Shown here: positions 9,393 through 18,589 of the stretch, one piece after another | How the letters are laid out: the number at the start of each line of letters is the position of its first letter | How positions within the stretch are numbered: the first letter of the stretch is position 1 | The notes under the pieces: generated by a model | Told to the model about the DNA's origin: nothing | What the model saw: only the letters and a program-made list of their open reading frames with translations | Database searches by the model: none | DNA from: Fimbriimonadales bacterium | Lineage (GTDB): Bacteria > Armatimonadota > Fimbriimonadia > Fimbriimonadales > ATM1 | Length of the DNA stretch: 64,000 nucleotides | NCBI GenBank assembly: GCA_041744215.1 | Contig: JBGTLG010000033.1 | Span: 32,001 to 96,000 of the forward strand | Direction of reading: 5' to 3' | Translations under genes and position numbers: made by a program

Positions 9393-10670
9393 CTAACGCT
9401 TCATGTTCAGAAGGTCTTGGAGCATTTCGTCAACAGTCGTGACGACTCGCGTATTCGCTTGGAAGCCACGCTGCGTGACAATGAGTTCTGTGAACTCATT
9501 TCCAAGGTCAACGTTCGATTGCTCAAGGAAGCCGGCGTTGATTGCGCCACGTCCGTTCGTTCGCGGTGCGCCGACGACGGGGATTCCCGAGTTCTCGGTT
9601 CCTCGCCAAAGGTTGTTACCGAGTCTCTCGAGGCCAGCGGGGTTGGGGAAAATCGCCATAGCAATTCTTCCGAGCGCCCGTGTCAAGCCGTTCGTAAAGA
9701 GTCCGGTAATCGTTCCGTCGATGCCGATTGCAAACGATGCGAGCGAACCTGGCGGGAAGCCATTCTGCTCAGTCATCTGCACCTGCGTCTCGGTTTCGAG
9801 CTGGCTGATGTTGCCGAATCCGAGCGTCACGTTGAACGCGGGAGCTCCATTAGCCGCTGTCGGAACCATGATCTCTTGATCGACACCCGTATCGATCATC
9901 TTGCCTTCTGCATCGAAGTAGATCAAGCTTCCAGTAGCGCTGCTTCCGATCGAAGTTGTACCTTCGAACGCTTCCCATTCCCAGCTCGACACCGCTCCAG
10001 GGGGGGGTGTACCCGCAGGCGGAACGGTGTGGTTCCGGAACGTCAGAGCGATCTCGTGGGTGCCTCCGAGCTGATCGTAGACGCGAAATGTCGTGTCCCA
10101 GGACTCGCCGGGAGCGGCGCCCGCTGCAAGATTGCCTGCGAAGTTCGCTCTTGAGGTGACTTGGACGGCGTTGAGCGAGCCGAGCGGAATGTTGATTGTG
10201 CTGCCCGCAGCAACCTGCGAGTTTGTGTCAATTACACCTTGCGCATCTGCGGACCATCCTAGCAGTCGCTCGCCCGTGGTTCTTTGAACGAGGTTTCCGC
10301 TAGCGTCGATGTCAAAGCCGCCATCACGTGAGTAGGCTATTCGTTCGCCGTTGCTGACGAGAAACAGCCCGTTACCTTGAATCGCAAGGTCGGTAGCGCG
10401 ATTCGTCGCTTGCAGTGATCCTTGCTCAATGTTGGTGTCAGTCCCGCCAACAAGAACTCCGAGGCCATACTGGACAGGGTTCGTACCTCCCAAGCCGCCG
10501 GATACCGGGCGCGTTGCGCCACGGATCGTTTGCGAGATCATCTCTTGAAACGTCACGCGACTCGATTTGAATGCCGTAGTATTGACATTGGCAAGGTTGT
10601 TACCAATGACGTTCATTCTCGTTTGCTGAGCTTTGATGCTGGCGACGCCAGCAAGTAGCGCTTGCAACAT
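9393..10670 (-). CDS. flgE: Flagellar hook protein FlgE
   Basis: VIGNNLANVNTTAFKSSRVTF N-terminus; LEQSNVDLGNEFTELIVTQRGFQAN C-terminus. Confidence 0.95.
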   Translation of the reverse strand: MLQALLAGVASIKAQQTRMNVIGNNLANVNTTAFKSSRVTFQEMISQTIRGATRPVSGGLGGTNPVQYGLGVLVGGTDTNIEQGSLQATNRATDLAIQGNGLFLVSNGERIAYSRDGGFDIDASGNLVQRTTGERLLGWSADAQGVIDTNSQVAAGSTINIPLGSLNAVQVTSRANFAGNLAAGAAPGESWDTTFRVYDQLGGTHEIALTFRNHTVPPAGTPPPGAVSSWEWEAFEGTTSIGSSATGSLIYFDAEGKMIDTGVDQEIMVPTAANGAPAFNVTLGFGNISQLETETQVQMTEQNGFPPGSLASFAIGIDGTITGLFTNGLTRALGRIAMAIFPNPAGLERLGNNLWRGTENSGIPVVGAPRTNGRGAINAGFLEQSNVDLGNEFTELIVTQRGFQANTRVVTTVDEMLQDLLNMKR

Positions 10671-10789
10671 GGTTTTGTTTCCTCCGTTGTTGTTCGCGCG
10701 TTACTCGTCGCTTGCAGTGGCTACGCCGAAACGCAGCCCTCCTCACGTTGCAGACCTCCGGCCCCGATCCTTCGAGGCGCGGTCCAGCC

Positions 10790-11167
10790 TTACACGAATA
10801 CCGCGCTGTCTATGTTCGTAAACACGTTCTCTTTGAGTTGTTCTTTGGCGACCGCAGTGATTACCGTTCGGTTCTTCACGCTGACCACCAAAGCGATGTC
10901 GTCGAGCATCACGAGCGATTCCCTGCTTCCCTTTTCGGCAGCGCGATCAATTCCGTCTCTCACGCGGCTCCAGTCATTCTCTGCAAGGTCGATCCCCCGG
11001 CTCTTGAGGCGCGTCTGAGCGTGCCCCGATACTTTGAGCCCGAGTTCTCTCTCCAACAGTTGGCCGAAGTCGACGCCTTGCGCGATGCGCTGCGGCTGCG
11101 TTGTCGGCCTCTGAACTTGCGTTTCGACGAGTTGTCGTATCTGCGGGTTGTTAATGGGTTCTGCCAT
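10790..11167 (-). CDS. Flagellar operon protein (TIGR02530 family)
   Basis: SGHAQTRLKSRGI...VVSVKNRTVITA...ENVFTNIDSAV; lies between flgD and flgE. Confidence 0.9.
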   Translation of the reverse strand: MAEPINNPQIRQLVETQVQRPTTQPQRIAQGVDFGQLLERELGLKVSGHAQTRLKSRGIDLAENDWSRVRDGIDRAAEKGSRESLVMLDDIALVVSVKNRTVITAVAKEQLKENVFTNIDSAVFV

Positions 11168-11220
11168 GATGCGGTTTCCTTCGATTTTAGGTAGGGCACG
11201 ACTAACCGTGACCTACCTGC

Positions 11221-11598
11221 TCAGCTGACCACCCTCACAATGTTGTCCATCGCGAAACGGTGGCCCTCGATTGTCACGTAGACCTTTCCTCGATCAATTT
11301 CGACTGTCTCGACAACGCCACGCATGGGAAGTCCGCCATCTGGGCGCACGTCGACCGTGCGGCCAATGTAGTTGGCGGCTTGCGCCATTTGCATCGTTGA
11401 TCCGAGCCTGTCGATTCCCTGAACAGTTCCTATCTGCGCGAGTTGCGCAAAGAAGTCACGTTCATTCATCGGTTCGAGTGGATTTTGCGTTGTTAGCTGA
11501 GCGACCAACAGGCGCATGAACATCTGTTGATCCATGTAGTTGCTCTTACCGTCTGGCGGCGCGGGAAGTGCATAGGTTGAGAGCGCATTGATTTCCAT
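11221..11598 (-). CDS. flgD: Flagellar hook capping protein FlgD
   Basis: FMRLLVAQLTTQNPLEPM...FFAQLAQ. Confidence 0.92.
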   Translation of the reverse strand: MEINALSTYALPAPPDGKSNYMDQQMFMRLLVAQLTTQNPLEPMNERDFFAQLAQIGTVQGIDRLGSTMQMAQAANYIGRTVDVRPDGGLPMRGVVETVEIDRGKVYVTIEGHRFAMDNIVRVVS

Positions 11599-11607
11599 GA
11601 TCTTCTC

Positions 11608-13206
11608 CTACACACTCATGTCGAATGCGCTCATCGAATACGATGCCGCGCTTAGGGTTCCCGACTGCGCAGCGCTCGCGTCGATGTCTGGCCGCCATGC
11701 TGGTCCAGATGCCTGATTGCTGTCTTGCGCCTGAGACTGTCCGTGACTCTGCCCTCCGACCGACATCGAACCAAGTTCGAGGCCATGATCAGCAAGGGCC
11801 TGCGCGAGCATCGCTCGATTCGCATCGACGAACTGCCTTACCTCCGAGTTTGTCGCCGCTATCTGCGCATCCACGCGCCCATTGACCGACTTCACAGTGA
11901 TGTCGATCGAGCCGAGCTCGGGAGGATCCAGTCGAATCGTCACAGTTTGCGGTTTTCGACTTTCAACCATTTGATGGATGCGATCGATAACGCGGGTCAT
12001 GACCGCGGTGGTTAGCTTAGCGTCGGCGACTGCCGTTTGTGCGTTCGCCGCATCAGAACGTGCTGCCCCTTGTTGCGCTCCTACGGACAGCGTGCGGGCA
12101 ACGTCCGTCACCGACGACTCCGTTGTGAACGTCTCTCCGCGCGGCAACAGGATCTGTGGCTGCTTGTCGATGCGATCTTGCCCAAGAATGCGCTCCATCA
12201 GGCTCGAAAGTGGCAGCTTGACCGTTGGCCGCTGCGAGCGGATTGCGTCGACAAACGATTCCGTTTGCGACGTATCTTCGCTAGCCGACTGATTCTGCAT
12301 AGCCATCCTGACCTTTTCGGTCAGTGAAGCGACAACCTTTTCAATGGGGTTGTTCGCTACGATCGCTGAATCTCGGAGCGCGATAAGTGTCACTTTCGCT
12401 TCAGGCGCGACACGATCGAGCATACGTTGAAGCCTGTCCAAGATCTTGATGCTCGGACGGTCTTCGCGCAGCTTCTCGAACGGAGACACGCGAGGAGCAT
12501 CTGCAATCGGCACTGCCGGCGCATGGGGCTTCGCGCTTTCCGTATCATTGCGAATGCCGCGATCACTCCTGCCAAATGGCGTCGTGTCGAAGGGGCGCAT
12601 CGGACCGGAAGGGGTCGTAACTACGCCGTCTTCACTCGCTGATTCGGCGACGAAAGTCTCTCCGTTAGGAAGAGTTACCGTCAACGCCTTTCCAGCTGCT
12701 GAAGCGAGAGCAGGCTCATTGCGCAAGAAGAGATCGGTTCCCTCGGGTTTCGCATAGAGCACCGGTGGCTTCCGCTCACCCTGAGAATTGGAATCGTACT
12801 TCGGGTTAGTGAGGTGGAGATCGAGCCCCTTGCCGACGAACAGATTCGGACCGGGCTGCAGAATGGGAGGTCGCGTGTCCGCGGCTGACGCGGTGCGCAA
12901 CTCGACACCCTTCAAGGGTTTGTCAGTGTCCCACTCTTCGTCCGGCTGTTTCTGGTCAGCAATCGGCTGTTTCCCTGGTGCCTCGAAGAATGACTTATTC
13001 GGTTGTAGTATCGGCGGAGATTCAGGCTGGGCGAGCTCCGCTTCGAGCAATCCGGCAATCGCTTCATCGATCGCCATACTTGCCGCCGTCGGTGGCAACG
13101 CCTTCGCTTGAACCTCAGGTGTGAGCCCTGCCGCTACCTTAGCGTCGTCGGTTGCCCGGGAACCAATCCCGAACAGTCCGAGCGCGCTCGCAAGGTTGAC
13201 TTGCAT
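11608..13206 (-). CDS. fliK: Flagellar hook-length control protein FliK
   Basis: Low-complexity N-terminus; C-terminal IRLDPPELGSIDI; directly upstream of flgD. Confidence 0.88.
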   Translation of the reverse strand: MQVNLASALGLFGIGSRATDDAKVAAGLTPEVQAKALPPTAASMAIDEAIAGLLEAELAQPESPPILQPNKSFFEAPGKQPIADQKQPDEEWDTDKPLKGVELRTASAADTRPPILQPGPNLFVGKGLDLHLTNPKYDSNSQGERKPPVLYAKPEGTDLFLRNEPALASAAGKALTVTLPNGETFVAESASEDGVVTTPSGPMRPFDTTPFGRSDRGIRNDTESAKPHAPAVPIADAPRVSPFEKLREDRPSIKILDRLQRMLDRVAPEAKVTLIALRDSAIVANNPIEKVVASLTEKVRMAMQNQSASEDTSQTESFVDAIRSQRPTVKLPLSSLMERILGQDRIDKQPQILLPRGETFTTESSVTDVARTLSVGAQQGAARSDAANAQTAVADAKLTTAVMTRVIDRIHQMVESRKPQTVTIRLDPPELGSIDITVKSVNGRVDAQIAATNSEVRQFVDANRAMLAQALADHGLELGSMSVGGQSHGQSQAQDSNQASGPAWRPDIDASAAQSGTLSAASYSMSAFDMSV

Positions 13207-13253
13207 AGCAACACCTCCATTGAGTGTTCAAAGGTGATTCTCGGCAGGACACG

Positions 13254-14000
13254 ATGGCCAGGTTAGGGCTGATGCGACCACGAGGTGTAAGATGGGGCGT
13301 GCGACTTCTTGGAATTCTGATTTTGGCTGTCTGCTTGGCCGCTTGCGGCCGCGCACCCACCGGGGGGAAAGGAGACGAGGTTAAGGGCCAAGTCGCGGCA
13401 GCGACAGCGGCAGATCCGCGAGCGCTCGAAATCATCCGTCAATCCGAACAAGCCTATCTGGACCTGAAAACGTACACGGACGACATCATGATCGCAGCGG
13501 ACGGGAGGGAGCTTCGCCCGAGAACGGGGTTCGCACGAACCGCCTTTGAGCGCGGCGGAAGCTTCTTGATTGAAGTCGCTGCGAAAGATCCGTACGGCGA
13601 CGGTATGGCCAGGGATCGCGTTTGGATTGAAGAAGGGACGGAGTTTATCCAGACTGCTCTTGGAGGACGGGTTAGCAGCGAGAAGCCCTTGCAAGAGGGT
13701 CTTCGCACAATCTCTGCTTCTTCCGCCGAAACCTCTCTCATCGTCCCCACGCTTCTGTTCGCTGAAAAATTTCATGGGGACACGTTCTTCGACAGATTGA
13801 AGACCCCCAGCCTCGGAGAAGAAATGGTGCTCGGTGGAAACCGCCACTACAAAATCACGGATTCAACCGGGGTGACCGTATTGATTGATGTGGAGACACT
13901 CCTCATTCGTCGGGTGCTGCTAGGAGGGGGAAAAGGGATGCTGGATTACACCGCCTATGCAGACGCGCCGATCGGGCCGGAGAGCTTCAGACGGCAGTAG
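13254..14000 (+). CDS. Putative lipoprotein, LolA-like/DUF2092-like fold
   Basis: Lipobox LAAC; ALEIIRQSEQAYLDLKTY and VLIDVETLLIRRV resemble LolA-like proteins; start uncertain. Confidence 0.55.
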   Translation: MARLGLMRPRGVRWGVRLLGILILAVCLAACGRAPTGGKGDEVKGQVAAATAADPRALEIIRQSEQAYLDLKTYTDDIMIAADGRELRPRTGFARTAFERGGSFLIEVAAKDPYGDGMARDRVWIEEGTEFIQTALGGRVSSEKPLQEGLRTISASSAETSLIVPTLLFAEKFHGDTFFDRLKTPSLGEEMVLGGNRHYKITDSTGVTVLIDVETLLIRRVLLGGGKGMLDYTAYADAPIGPESFRRQ

Positions 14001-14041
14001 ATCGAGGCGGCGCGGCCGCCGCCATGTGTCAAAATCCAGGC

Positions 14042-15145
14042 ATGGCACCGCCGATTCGCCCACACCTTCGGTCGCTGACGGCGTATTCACCGGGCAAGCC
14101 AATCGAAGAGGTGCAGCGCGAGCGCGGACTGACGCGCATCACCAAACTCGCAAGCAACGAAAATCCCCTTGGAGCATCATCGAAGGCGATTACGGCGATT
14201 CGTGACGCGGCAGCAGGTTCACACTTCTATCCCGATGCGAGCGGGCTCGCTTTGCGAAACGCGCTTTCACGGCACACAGGCGTACCCGCACAACAAATAG
14301 CATTGGGCAACGGCAGTGACGAACTGATTCACTATCTGTGCATCCTTCTGTTAGAACCCGGCTCGAACATGATCATGGGCGATCCCGGGTTCATGAGATA
14401 TGAATGTGGAGCTCAGATTCAAGAGGCTGAACCGAGGAAGATTCCGCTGGATCAAGATGATCGTCACGACTTGGAGGCGATGGCAAATGCAATCGATACG
14501 AACACTCGAATTGTGTTCATCGCAAACCCGAACAATCCCACGGGCACGATCATCGAGCGGTCGGAGTTCGAACGTTTCCTCGACCGAGTGCCCGCGCACG
14601 TCGTTGTAGTGCTCGATGAGGCTTACTTCGAGTTCGCAGACAGTTCGGAGTTCCCTTCCTCCGCAAAGTATGTACTCGCAGACGAGCGGGTCATCGGGTT
14701 ACGCACTTTTAGCAAGACTCACGGGCTGGCAGGAATGCGAATCGGCTACGCATTTCTGACAAAAGACATCGCGGAAGTTTGGGACAAAGTCCGGGAACCT
14801 TTCAACGTCAATTCCCTCGCGCAGATCGCAGCGATTGCGGCGCTCGAAGATACGGATCACTTGCACAAGTCTATCGACGTTAATCGTCGAGCACTCAATC
14901 GCATCTCACTGCTTCTCGAAAAGTATGGCGGACGACCAAGGAAGAGCCACGCAAACTTCGTTTGGGCGGATTTTGGACGCCCAGTCGCAGGGCTCTGCGA
15001 AGCCTTGCTCGGCGAAGGCGTAATCGTTAGATCAGGGGCGATTTTTGGGAGACCTAATTTTGTTCGGGTTTCGTCAGGAACGGATGAAAACCTCGATCAC
15101 TTGGAAGAGGCGCTGGCAAACGTTGCCGCGGGAGCGCTGTCATGA
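14042..15145 (+). CDS. hisC: Histidinol-phosphate (aromatic) aminotransferase
   Basis: KLASNENPLG, GNGSDE, NPNNPTG, DEAY, RTFSKTHGLAGMRIGY. Confidence 0.93.
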   Translation: MAPPIRPHLRSLTAYSPGKPIEEVQRERGLTRITKLASNENPLGASSKAITAIRDAAAGSHFYPDASGLALRNALSRHTGVPAQQIALGNGSDELIHYLCILLLEPGSNMIMGDPGFMRYECGAQIQEAEPRKIPLDQDDRHDLEAMANAIDTNTRIVFIANPNNPTGTIIERSEFERFLDRVPAHVVVVLDEAYFEFADSSEFPSSAKYVLADERVIGLRTFSKTHGLAGMRIGYAFLTKDIAEVWDKVREPFNVNSLAQIAAIAALEDTDHLHKSIDVNRRALNRISLLLEKYGGRPRKSHANFVWADFGRPVAGLCEALLGEGVIVRSGAIFGRPNFVRVSSGTDENLDHLEEALANVAAGALS

Positions 15146-16179
15146 TCGTACTGATGCGGCCCGGCGCGCCGCGTGAGGAGATTGAGCGGCTTCGTGCATC
15201 ATTGCTCACCGCAGGCTGCGATGTGCGCGAGATCGAGACAGGTGGCGCTTGCGTGCTGCTCGCCGACCGATTCTGGCCTTCCCCTCCCACTGATCTAATC
15301 AGTCAACTCGGCGCCTCTGACTATGTTGAACGGGTGGTACATACGGGCAAACCGTATCAGATGGTGTCTCTAAACGCGCGGTCGAGTCGCAGCAGAATTC
15401 CATTTGGATCGACAGAATTTGGCAGCGCAGAGCCGACGTTGATCGCCGGCCCTTGCACCGTCGTAGACGACGGTACGTTGCTGACAACTGCAACGAGCGT
15501 TAAGGCGGCTGGTGCGACAGGGTTGCGTGGAGGCGCGTACAAACCTGCGACTTCCCCCTATTCCTTCCAAGGCCTTGGTGAAGATGCGCTGCAGCTGCTG
15601 CGCTCGGTTGCCGATGAGGTTGGACTTGGCGTTGTCACTGAAGTGATGGACGTGCGGCGCGTCGATGAGGTAGCCCGCTATGCAGACGTTCTCCAAATCG
15701 GCGCGCGAAACATGCAGAACTTCGACCTGCTTCGCGAGGTCGGCAGGCAGCGAAAGCCGGTTCTTCTAAAGCGAGCTATGTCAGCGACCATCGACGAGTG
15801 GCTCTGCGCCGCGGAGTACATTGCGCGAGAGGGTAACGAAGCGATCATCCTATGTGAGCGAGGGATTAGGACGTTCGAGCGCGCAACTCGCACAACTTTG
15901 GACGTAAGCGCTATTGCAGTCGCGAGAACTCTCACGCATTTGCCGATCATCGCGGATCCAAGTCATGCCGCAGGATATCGGCGATATGTAAAGCCGCTGG
16001 CCCTTGCTGCGATCGCCGCAGGCGCTAATGGGCTTATCATCGAGGTGCATCCGCATCCAGAGCAAGCGATCAAAGACGGCGCGCAGACGGTATCCACAGC
16101 TGATTTCGCAGAGATCGCTGAGTTGGCGCGACGCGTCTCCCAAGCAACAAGAGCGCACGGCGATGCCGTAGCGCTGTGA
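15142..16179 (+). CDS. aroF: DAHP synthase type I-beta family (atypical KPAT motif)
   Basis: IAGPC, GGAYKP-TSPYSFQGLG, QIGARNMQNF, LCERGIRTF, DPSH. Confidence 0.85.
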   Translation: MIVLMRPGAPREEIERLRASLLTAGCDVREIETGGACVLLADRFWPSPPTDLISQLGASDYVERVVHTGKPYQMVSLNARSSRSRIPFGSTEFGSAEPTLIAGPCTVVDDGTLLTTATSVKAAGATGLRGGAYKPATSPYSFQGLGEDALQLLRSVADEVGLGVVTEVMDVRRVDEVARYADVLQIGARNMQNFDLLREVGRQRKPVLLKRAMSATIDEWLCAAEYIAREGNEAIILCERGIRTFERATRTTLDVSAIAVARTLTHLPIIADPSHAAGYRRYVKPLALAAIAAGANGLIIEVHPHPEQAIKDGAQTVSTADFAEIAELARRVSQATRAHGDAVAL

Positions 16180-16185
16180 AAAAAG

Positions 16186-16262
16186 TGGTAGCGGAGGTCG
16201 GACTCGAACCGACGACCCTGCGGGTATGAACCGCATGCTCTAACCAGCTGAGCTACTCCGCC
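16186..16262 (-). tRNA. tRNA-Met (CAT), elongator-type
   Basis: GGCGGAGTAGCTCAGCTGGTTAGAGCATGCGGTTCATACCCGCAGGGTCGTCGGTTCGAGTCCGACCTCCGCTACCA; cloverleaf with encoded CCA. Confidence 0.95.
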
Positions 16263-16284
16263 TTGGAAGCGGCATTTTACCCTG

Positions 16285-16887
16285 TCAGTTTCGCCCGTAC
16301 CCGGCGATTGCCAGCAGGCGTTTGTACTGTTCTGGAGTGTCCATGTCCAAGAACTCATCGGGCGAATCGAACTCTACCAGTCGCCGTTTCCCGCTGTTCA
16401 CGAAGTCTCGCAGAGTTCTTCCCTCCGAAATCAGCTGCCTTAGAGGTAGCGTCGAGGCGAGCCTCAGAAACACCGGGTGCCTGGCTCGATCTGCTGCAAA
16501 GGGTTGTACGATGTCCGACGAATCATCAAGCGAAGCGATGAGCCGCGCAATAGACTCTGCAGTGAGCAACGGCATGTCAACCGGGCAGAGCCCGAGCCAA
16601 CGAGCCCGACAATCGTCGAGCGCCTCCAACACGGAGCCAATCATGCCACGCTCCGGCTCGAGATTGATGATGTAGCGATATCCTAACAGAAATGCTTCGC
16701 GCGCGAGTTCGTGGTCGTCGGGTCGTCCAATCACTCTTATCTGCGTCAAACCGGCATCGTAGAACGCTGAGCCCAGCCGGGCGAGGACAGTTGTATTGCC
16801 AAACGGAAGCATGGGTTTGTTGGCACCCATGCGCTCGCTACGGCCCGCAGCAAGCAGATAAACCTCAACAGAATCACTCGACGACAT
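16285..16887 (-). CDS. Nucleotidyltransferase family protein (MocA/MobA-like)
   Basis: LLAAGRSERMGANKPML, CPVDMP, DMDTPEQY. Confidence 0.85.
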   Translation of the reverse strand: MSSSDSVEVYLLAAGRSERMGANKPMLPFGNTTVLARLGSAFYDAGLTQIRVIGRPDDHELAREAFLLGYRYIINLEPERGMIGSVLEALDDCRARWLGLCPVDMPLLTAESIARLIASLDDSSDIVQPFAADRARHPVFLRLASTLPLRQLISEGRTLRDFVNSGKRRLVEFDSPDEFLDMDTPEQYKRLLAIAGYGRN

Positions 16888-17344
16888 TTCGAATGTAGCG
16901 GATCTGCCCCGCGTGGTAGTAGTCGTGTTCAATCAGCATAAGAAACAGATCATGTGCCCGCATACGTTTTCCGCCCCACGTCGAAACTTGCGATGCAAGC
17001 TGCTCGCATGGCAACTCGCGAAGGTGGCGAAGCTGCAACTCGTGCGCCGCTTGAAGCTGCACAAGCATGGTTTCCATATCGTGCTTGGAGTGGGATTGCG
17101 CAACCGTAGTCCAGTTCTCAACTCCCCCACCGAATGCGGCGCTTAGCTGGACGTGCTTGTCGCCTGTAACGTGGTAGACGATGTCTCTGACGGAACCGTC
17201 CATCCAATCGAAGCCGCGATGGGTCGCCGGTGCATGGAAAAAAGCGGATTCGGATAGGTCCTTCAACGCTGACAGTAGGCTGTGCCAGGGGCTTTCTTTG
17301 TATGCTCGAATCGTTAGCGTTTCGAGTGCCTCCTTCGACCACAT
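16874..17344 (-). CDS. DinB family protein
   Basis: SVRDIVYHV...EHDYYHAGQI His triad. Confidence 0.8.
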   Translation of the reverse strand: MWSKEALETLTIRAYKESPWHSLLSALKDLSESAFFHAPATHRGFDWMDGSVRDIVYHVTGDKHVQLSAAFGGGVENWTTVAQSHSKHDMETMLVQLQAAHELQLRHLRELPCEQLASQVSTWGGKRMRAHDLFLMLIEHDYYHAGQIRYIRNVVE

Positions 17345-17346
17345 CG

Positions 17347-17865
17347 CTATTTGTCAACCCTGAATTCGTCAATCAGCTCATATGCCTTCAACTCGTCGCC
17401 CCAACCAATGACGTCGACGGGCTTTTCTTCAAGCTGCTTGTACACCTCGAAGAAGTGCATGATCTCTTTCTTGGTGTGATCTGCCAGATCGGCGATCGAT
17501 CTCACTTCGACAAATCGAGGATCTCGGAGCGCAACACAGAGAATTTTGTCATCGCGCCCCTTGTCATCACTCATTCCGAGGACGCCGATGGGCCTCGCCT
17601 CGACAACGCATCCGGGAAACGTCGGATGCGAGATTAGTACAAGTACATCCAAAGGGTCGCCGTCGGAGTAGAGCGTACCGGGGATGTAACCGTAATCGCA
17701 GGGGTAGTACAGCGGTGAGAACAGCACACGATCGAGTTTCACAACCCCGGAATGCTCATCGACTTCGTATTTGTTTGATCCACCCTTTGGAATTTCAATA
17801 ATCGTGTTGACGACGTGGGGAGGCTGTGGACCAATGCCGACTTGACTGAGGCTCATCGGGTCCAA
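17347..17865 (-). CDS. ppa: Inorganic pyrophosphatase
   Basis: EIPKGGSNKYE, YPCDYGYIP, DGDPLDVLV. Confidence 0.95.
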   Translation of the reverse strand: MDPMSLSQVGIGPQPPHVVNTIIEIPKGGSNKYEVDEHSGVVKLDRVLFSPLYYPCDYGYIPGTLYSDGDPLDVLVLISHPTFPGCVVEARPIGVLGMSDDKGRDDKILCVALRDPRFVEVRSIADLADHTKKEIMHFFEVYKQLEEKPVDVIGWGDELKAYELIDEFRVDK

Positions 17866-17914
17866 TGATACCCACGCGCATCCTATTGATCTCCTCTAAC
17901 GTACTGACAATGCA

Positions 17915-18589
17915 ATGAGAGAGTTCTTTCGAGGGCACTTGCTCCTGCTCGGGACGCCAAAGCTTTGGGGCTTCATTTGGAAGCCTATGGCGTTCGCGCT
18001 TCTTGTTTATGCGGCGGCGATTACTGTTGCCGTAGCTTGGATCGTCCCAGCTCTCGTCCGAAAGATAGACTTGCCGGACTCGGCATCGCGTGTCTTGGAA
18101 TCGCTGGGTAGCATCGGCGTTGGGGCTATCGCCGCATTTGCAGCTCTGCCGATCTACTTGATTATCTCAGGTCTGTTCAGCAGCCTTCTCTGGGACAAAC
18201 TGTCACTCGCCGTAGAGCAGCATGTTTATGGCAGCGCGCCGACTCAGCGCGTAGGCTGTGGCACCCAGATCACCGACTCTGTCTCGCGTTCGGCCTTTTC
18301 CGGTGGATTGTTTATTGTATCACTCTGTTTTTGTTGGACTGGACCTGTCGCGGGAGCCGTGTATGCCGGATGGATTGGTCTGCTCGACTTTTCTGCCAGC
18401 GCATATCTAAGGCGCGGTATCGCTTTCGGCGAGGAGTTTCGAAAAGTCTGGCGCCCGCAAGGCGCGAAAGGTTTTGCGCTAATGTGCGGCTTAACGAGTC
18501 TACTTCCCTTTTTGTTCGTTTTGCTCTTGCCCGGCATGGTGGCAGGCGCAACAATTCTGTGCCGCGAAGGCGAGCGAAATCAACCGTAG
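17915..18589 (+). CDS. EI24/CysZ-like membrane protein
   Basis: Helical hairpin pattern with DKLSLAVE and LDFSASAYLRR; hydrophobic. Confidence 0.65.
   Translation: MREFFRGHLLLLGTPKLWGFIWKPMAFALLVYAAAITVAVAWIVPALVRKIDLPDSASRVLESLGSIGVGAIAAFAALPIYLIISGLFSSLLWDKLSLAVEQHVYGSAPTQRVGCGTQITDSVSRSAFSGGLFIVSLCFCWTGPVAGAVYAGWIGLLDFSASAYLRRGIAFGEEFRKVWRPQGAKGFALMCGLTSLLPFLFVLLLPGMVAGATILCREGERNQP

Noticed and set aside
16186-16262. tRNA-Met as an island integration site
   Set aside because: No duplicated tRNA 3' end noticed; flanking genes are housekeeping
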